Of a DNA stretch of 37,875 nucleotides, positions 35,132-37,875 are shown piece by piece. Every line of letters begins with the position of its first letter. Positions within the stretch are counted from its first letter, which is position 1. The DNA is from an uncultured virus (IMG/VR IMGVR_UViG_3300050030_000093). Lineage: Duplodnaviria > Heunggongvirae > Uroviricota > Caudoviricetes. The position numbers and the translations under genes were made by a program. The notes beneath the pieces are model-generated. The model worked only from the letters and a program-made list of their open reading frames with translations, was not told the DNA's origin and did no database searches. The stretch lies in the IMG/VR virus record IMGVR_UViG_3300050030_000093. One strand, 5' to 3'.

Positions 35132-36352
35132 ATGAAAGATTCTGCTAAAATACTTCTATTGGATAACTCTGAAATCCAAGCAGAGTTGATTTCTAATTTA
35201 TTGAAAAACAACGAATATACCACAGATATATTAATTGCAAGCGATAGAAAATCCTTCATTTCTATATTAGAAAACAATAAGATTGATGTGATGATATGTA
35301 GTCATGTTTTACCTGAAGGATTTAATTCTTTGGAAGCATTTAGGCTTGCAAAAAGCACATATCCAGACATTTTGTGTATTCTGCTTTCAGGTACAATTAA
35401 TGATGAATTTGCTATTGAGATACTTAAAGAAGGATTTGATGATTATGTCAATAATGACCATTTATCTTTTTTACCGTTTTCAATTGAAAATGCGTATTTA
35501 AAAAATCTGTATAGGGATGAAGTGGCTAATTTGGAAAATGTGAACAAAGAATTAGAAAGGTCATATAAGATAATTGAAGAAGAAAAGAAGACCATAACCC
35601 AAAGCATTATATTTGCGGCAAGAATACAAGCACTAACACTCCCAAAAATTGATTTCTTATTAAAAAATTTTAGTGAAGCATTTGTATTTTATAAACCCAA
35701 AGATATTGTTAGTGGTGATTTTTATTGGTTTGCCGAAAAAAATGGCAATATTATTGTTGTTGTTGCTGATTGTACGGGACATGGTGTGTCTGGTGCGCTA
35801 TTAGCAATGCTTGGCAGTAATTTCTTAAATGAGATTTTGGCAGATGAAACTTGTACCAATAATCCTACAGACATATTAACCAGGCTTGATGCGCATATTT
35901 GTAAAGTATTAAATCAGTCATCCGGTGATGGATATCAAGATGGAATTGATTTAGCATTGATATCAATTAATAAAACCGAAAAGAAAATATATTACTGTGG
36001 ATGCCAGAGGTCATTATTATATTTGATGAAGGGCGAGAAAAAGATTACCACATATAAAGGTAATCCATATTTAGTTGGCGGTGTAGATTATAGAATTGAA
36101 AAAATATTCCCTACACAAGAAATTAAATATGAAACTGATGATGTGATTTACATGTATAGTGATGGTTATGTTGACCAATTTGGCGGGAAAGAAAATAAAA
36201 AGTTATTAAAAGATAATTTCTTCACGTTATTAAATTCTTTTCAGCATCTTGGATTGGAATATCAGTGTCAATTACTCGAACAAAGATTATTAAGATGGAA
36301 AGGCACTAACGACCAAACTGATGACATATTAGTGCTTGGTATTAAACTTTAA
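35132..36352 (+). CDS. Receiver-like domain + PP2C/SpoIIE (RsbU-like) Ser/Thr phosphatase
   Basis: VSGDFY, VADCTGHGVSGA, YSDGYVDQFGG, DQTDDILVLG; N-terminal REC fold. Confidence 0.9.
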   Translation: MKDSAKILLLDNSEIQAELISNLLKNNEYTTDILIASDRKSFISILENNKIDVMICSHVLPEGFNSLEAFRLAKSTYPDILCILLSGTINDEFAIEILKEGFDDYVNNDHLSFLPFSIENAYLKNLYRDEVANLENVNKELERSYKIIEEEKKTITQSIIFAARIQALTLPKIDFLLKNFSEAFVFYKPKDIVSGDFYWFAEKNGNIIVVVADCTGHGVSGALLAMLGSNFLNEILADETCTNNPTDILTRLDAHICKVLNQSSGDGYQDGIDLALISINKTEKKIYYCGCQRSLLYLMKGEKKITTYKGNPYLVGGVDYRIEKIFPTQEIKYETDDVIYMYSDGYVDQFGGKENKKLLKDNFFTLLNSFQHLGLEYQCQLLEQRLLRWKGTNDQTDDILVLGIKL

Positions 36353-36795
36353 ATACGCTTATTTGTAGATAAGATAAAAATATCTCCCGATTGGTCTATA
36401 TTATAAACCTTAAAATAGGTTTCGAATAATGACTTAATGTTCATACTTCCTGCAGGATTCATTGAATGAATCAAAATATCTGCAGGAAGTTTTTTATTGT
36501 TGTCAATACAATAGTCAATAAGCCACTTGGCACAATGGTATCCGGTCTTTTCGTCAAACATGTCGTAGATTTGTTCATACGATTCAGTACCAACAATTTT
36601 TGGGTCATAATGTTCATCAGCAAGGTCGTGGTCGAAACTAATAATATCCGGAATACCTTTACCTTCAATTATCTGTACAAAGGCATAGTAATTCCTGACG
36701 ATGGACCAATCGACTGAAATATAAATTGGAAGTTTCATGTAGTCGAAGGTATCCTTCGGCATCCGAACATCGTCTAAGAATAAGTTGTATCCCAT
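36349..36795 (-). CDS. Cyclic-phosphate-processing receiver-domain protein
   Basis: LFLDDVR, ISFDHDL, TGYHCAKWL, IHSMNPAG signature. Confidence 0.8.
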   Translation of the reverse strand: MGYNLFLDDVRMPKDTFDYMKLPIYISVDWSIVRNYYAFVQIIEGKGIPDIISFDHDLADEHYDPKIVGTESYEQIYDMFDEKTGYHCAKWLIDYCIDNNKKLPADILIHSMNPAGSMNIKSLFETYFKVYNIDQSGDIFILSTNKRI

Positions 36796-36797
36796 AA

Positions 36798-37007
36798 TTA
36801 TTTAAGTATTTCATTTAAACTATCTCTGAGCATTATTGCCATGCTCTTGGTCATAAGAATCTGATTATCATACCAATCAAAACCCCATGTGAGTTTTATA
36901 ACTGGTTCGCCCTTTTCTATTTTATCTGTTACTTCGGGATTGACGACCCAATAAATATCGGTCTTCGGGTCAATCTTTATAAATCCGTTTTCATCTGCTT
37001 TTTCCAT
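36798..37007 (-). CDS. Hypothetical protein
   Basis: 69-aa ORF after motif copy 2. Confidence 0.6.
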   Translation of the reverse strand: MEKADENGFIKIDPKTDIYWVVNPEVTDKIEKGEPVIKLTWGFDWYDNQILMTKSMAIMLRDSLNEILK

Positions 37008-37018
37008 AATTCATGTGA

Positions 37019-37047
37019 TTATACGTAAATAAATACAAAATGTTACA
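37019..37047 (-). promoter_or_regulatory. Bipartite motif TGTAACA-N13-TACGTATAA (copy 2)
   Basis: Matches 26809-26837. Confidence 0.6.
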
Positions 37048-37114
37048 ATTAATTGTCTTTTTAAAATTTTAACCGTATTTATTTAAATAATTCACGAAGT
37101 TAAAAAAATAAATT

Positions 37115-37624
37115 ATGAAAGCAAAATATTTAAAGGAAAATTTCGAACCCATAGTTAAATGTTCAAAGAATTACACTGAAGTTTTACAAAAAATGGGGTT
37201 GGGTATTAAAGGCAATTCAAGACCGATATTAAAAAAATACGTAAAACTATATAACATTAATATTTCTCATTTTGAAACTGATGTGGAAAGATATTCAAGA
37301 ACAAACAGTAAATTAAATGATTCTCGAAGATTTCTTACAAGTAAAATATTAGTGTCGGGGTCAACATATACAAATGTGGGTAATATTAAAAATCGTTTGT
37401 ATGAAGAAGGATTAAAAGAACGAATTTGTGAAAAATGTGGACAAGACGAAAATTGGCACGGGGAACACATGAGTCTGATACTTGACCATATAAATGGTCG
37501 TAATTCGGACCATCGTTTAGAAAACTTACGAATTTTATGTCCTAACTGTAATTCAACATTACCGACACATTGTCGTTGTCGTAAAAAAGTTGACCTTGTA
37601 GGACTCGAACCTACACTCGCCTGA
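37115..37624 (+). CDS. HNH endonuclease, convergent with and overlapping tRNA-Gln
   Basis: CEKCGQDENWHGEHMSLILDHING...LRILCPNCN; close paralog of 28954-29592 lacking the HTH tail. Confidence 0.9.
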   Translation: MKAKYLKENFEPIVKCSKNYTEVLQKMGLGIKGNSRPILKKYVKLYNINISHFETDVERYSRTNSKLNDSRRFLTSKILVSGSTYTNVGNIKNRLYEEGLKERICEKCGQDENWHGEHMSLILDHINGRNSDHRLENLRILCPNCNSTLPTHCRCRKKVDLVGLEPTLA

Positions 37625-37663
37625 ATCAAAATCAGATGTGTTAACCAATTACACCAAAGGTCA
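37590..37663 (-). tRNA. tRNA-Gln(TTG)
   Basis: TGACCTT/AAGGTCA, TCTGA-TTTTGAT-TCAGG. Confidence 0.9.
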
Positions 37664-37711
37664 ATGTTTTGCAAAGATAATAATAAATACGACAATTCAA
37701 AGAACATTTAG

Positions 37712-37794
37712 TAGTCCCTGTAAGATTCGAACTTACAAACCCGTTGGGGTGTCAGCTTCAAAGACTGATGCAATGACCATTCTGCCAAAGGACT
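37712..37794 (-). tRNA. tRNA-Gln(TTG), atypical (long variable arm)
   Basis: AGTCCTT/AGGGACT, TCAGT-CTTTGAA-GCTGA, V-arm ACCC-CAAC-GGGT. Confidence 0.8.
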
Positions 37795-37875
37795 ATATTG
37801 AGTGATGCAGGTGCTCTAACCGTGTGGGTTGATTAGATATCTTTTAAACCCACGGCACTGGATTACCAGGTTTTT

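Noticed and set aside
1..37875. Alternative genetic code (TAG/TGA recoding as in some large Bacteroidota phages)
   Set aside because: Long genes are intact and tightly packed under code 11, and no clear suppressor tRNA is present.

Overview
AT-rich segment of a large (jumbo-type) lytic bacteriophage genome that most likely infects a Bacteroidota host. Evidence: TAnnTTTG/TTTG host-type promoters, a Bacteroidota-like NrdJ, and no cellular housekeeping operons. It encodes an intein-containing class II ribonucleotide reductase, an SF2 helicase and a GIY-YIG nuclease sharing a ~48-aa repeat, two vWA proteins, two papain-like proteases, an Rnl1-type RNA ligase, a SprT-like protease, a MazG-like pyrophosphatase, a glycosyltransferase, a pseudo-receiver/PP2C phosphatase and a cyclic-phosphate-processing receiver protein. 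It also carries about 17 tRNA or pseudo-tRNA genes (all on the minus strand), a tmRNA, several unexplained structured RNAs and at least seven HNH-type endonucleases, mostly wedged against RNA genes. The standout observation is that three separate tRNA clusters are each preceded by the same architecture: host-type promoter, then a short leader ORF, then an intrinsic terminator whose 5' arm is complementary to the 3' part of that leader ORF, then (in two cases) an rrn-like boxA, then tRNAs. Where the whole cluster is visible, the leader codons match the tRNAs downstream (YYYGKKSYKK before Tyr/Lys/Lys; DVLLWAAEED before Asp/Glu/Leu/Trp). This looks like ribosome-mediated attenuation that switches on phage replacement tRNAs when the cognate host tRNAs are depleted, for example by anticodon nucleases. 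Many of the tRNAs are structurally atypical (long variable arms on Lys/Asp/Glu/Gln, C33, an anticodon-loop insertion). All RNA folds were done by eye and no database searches were run.
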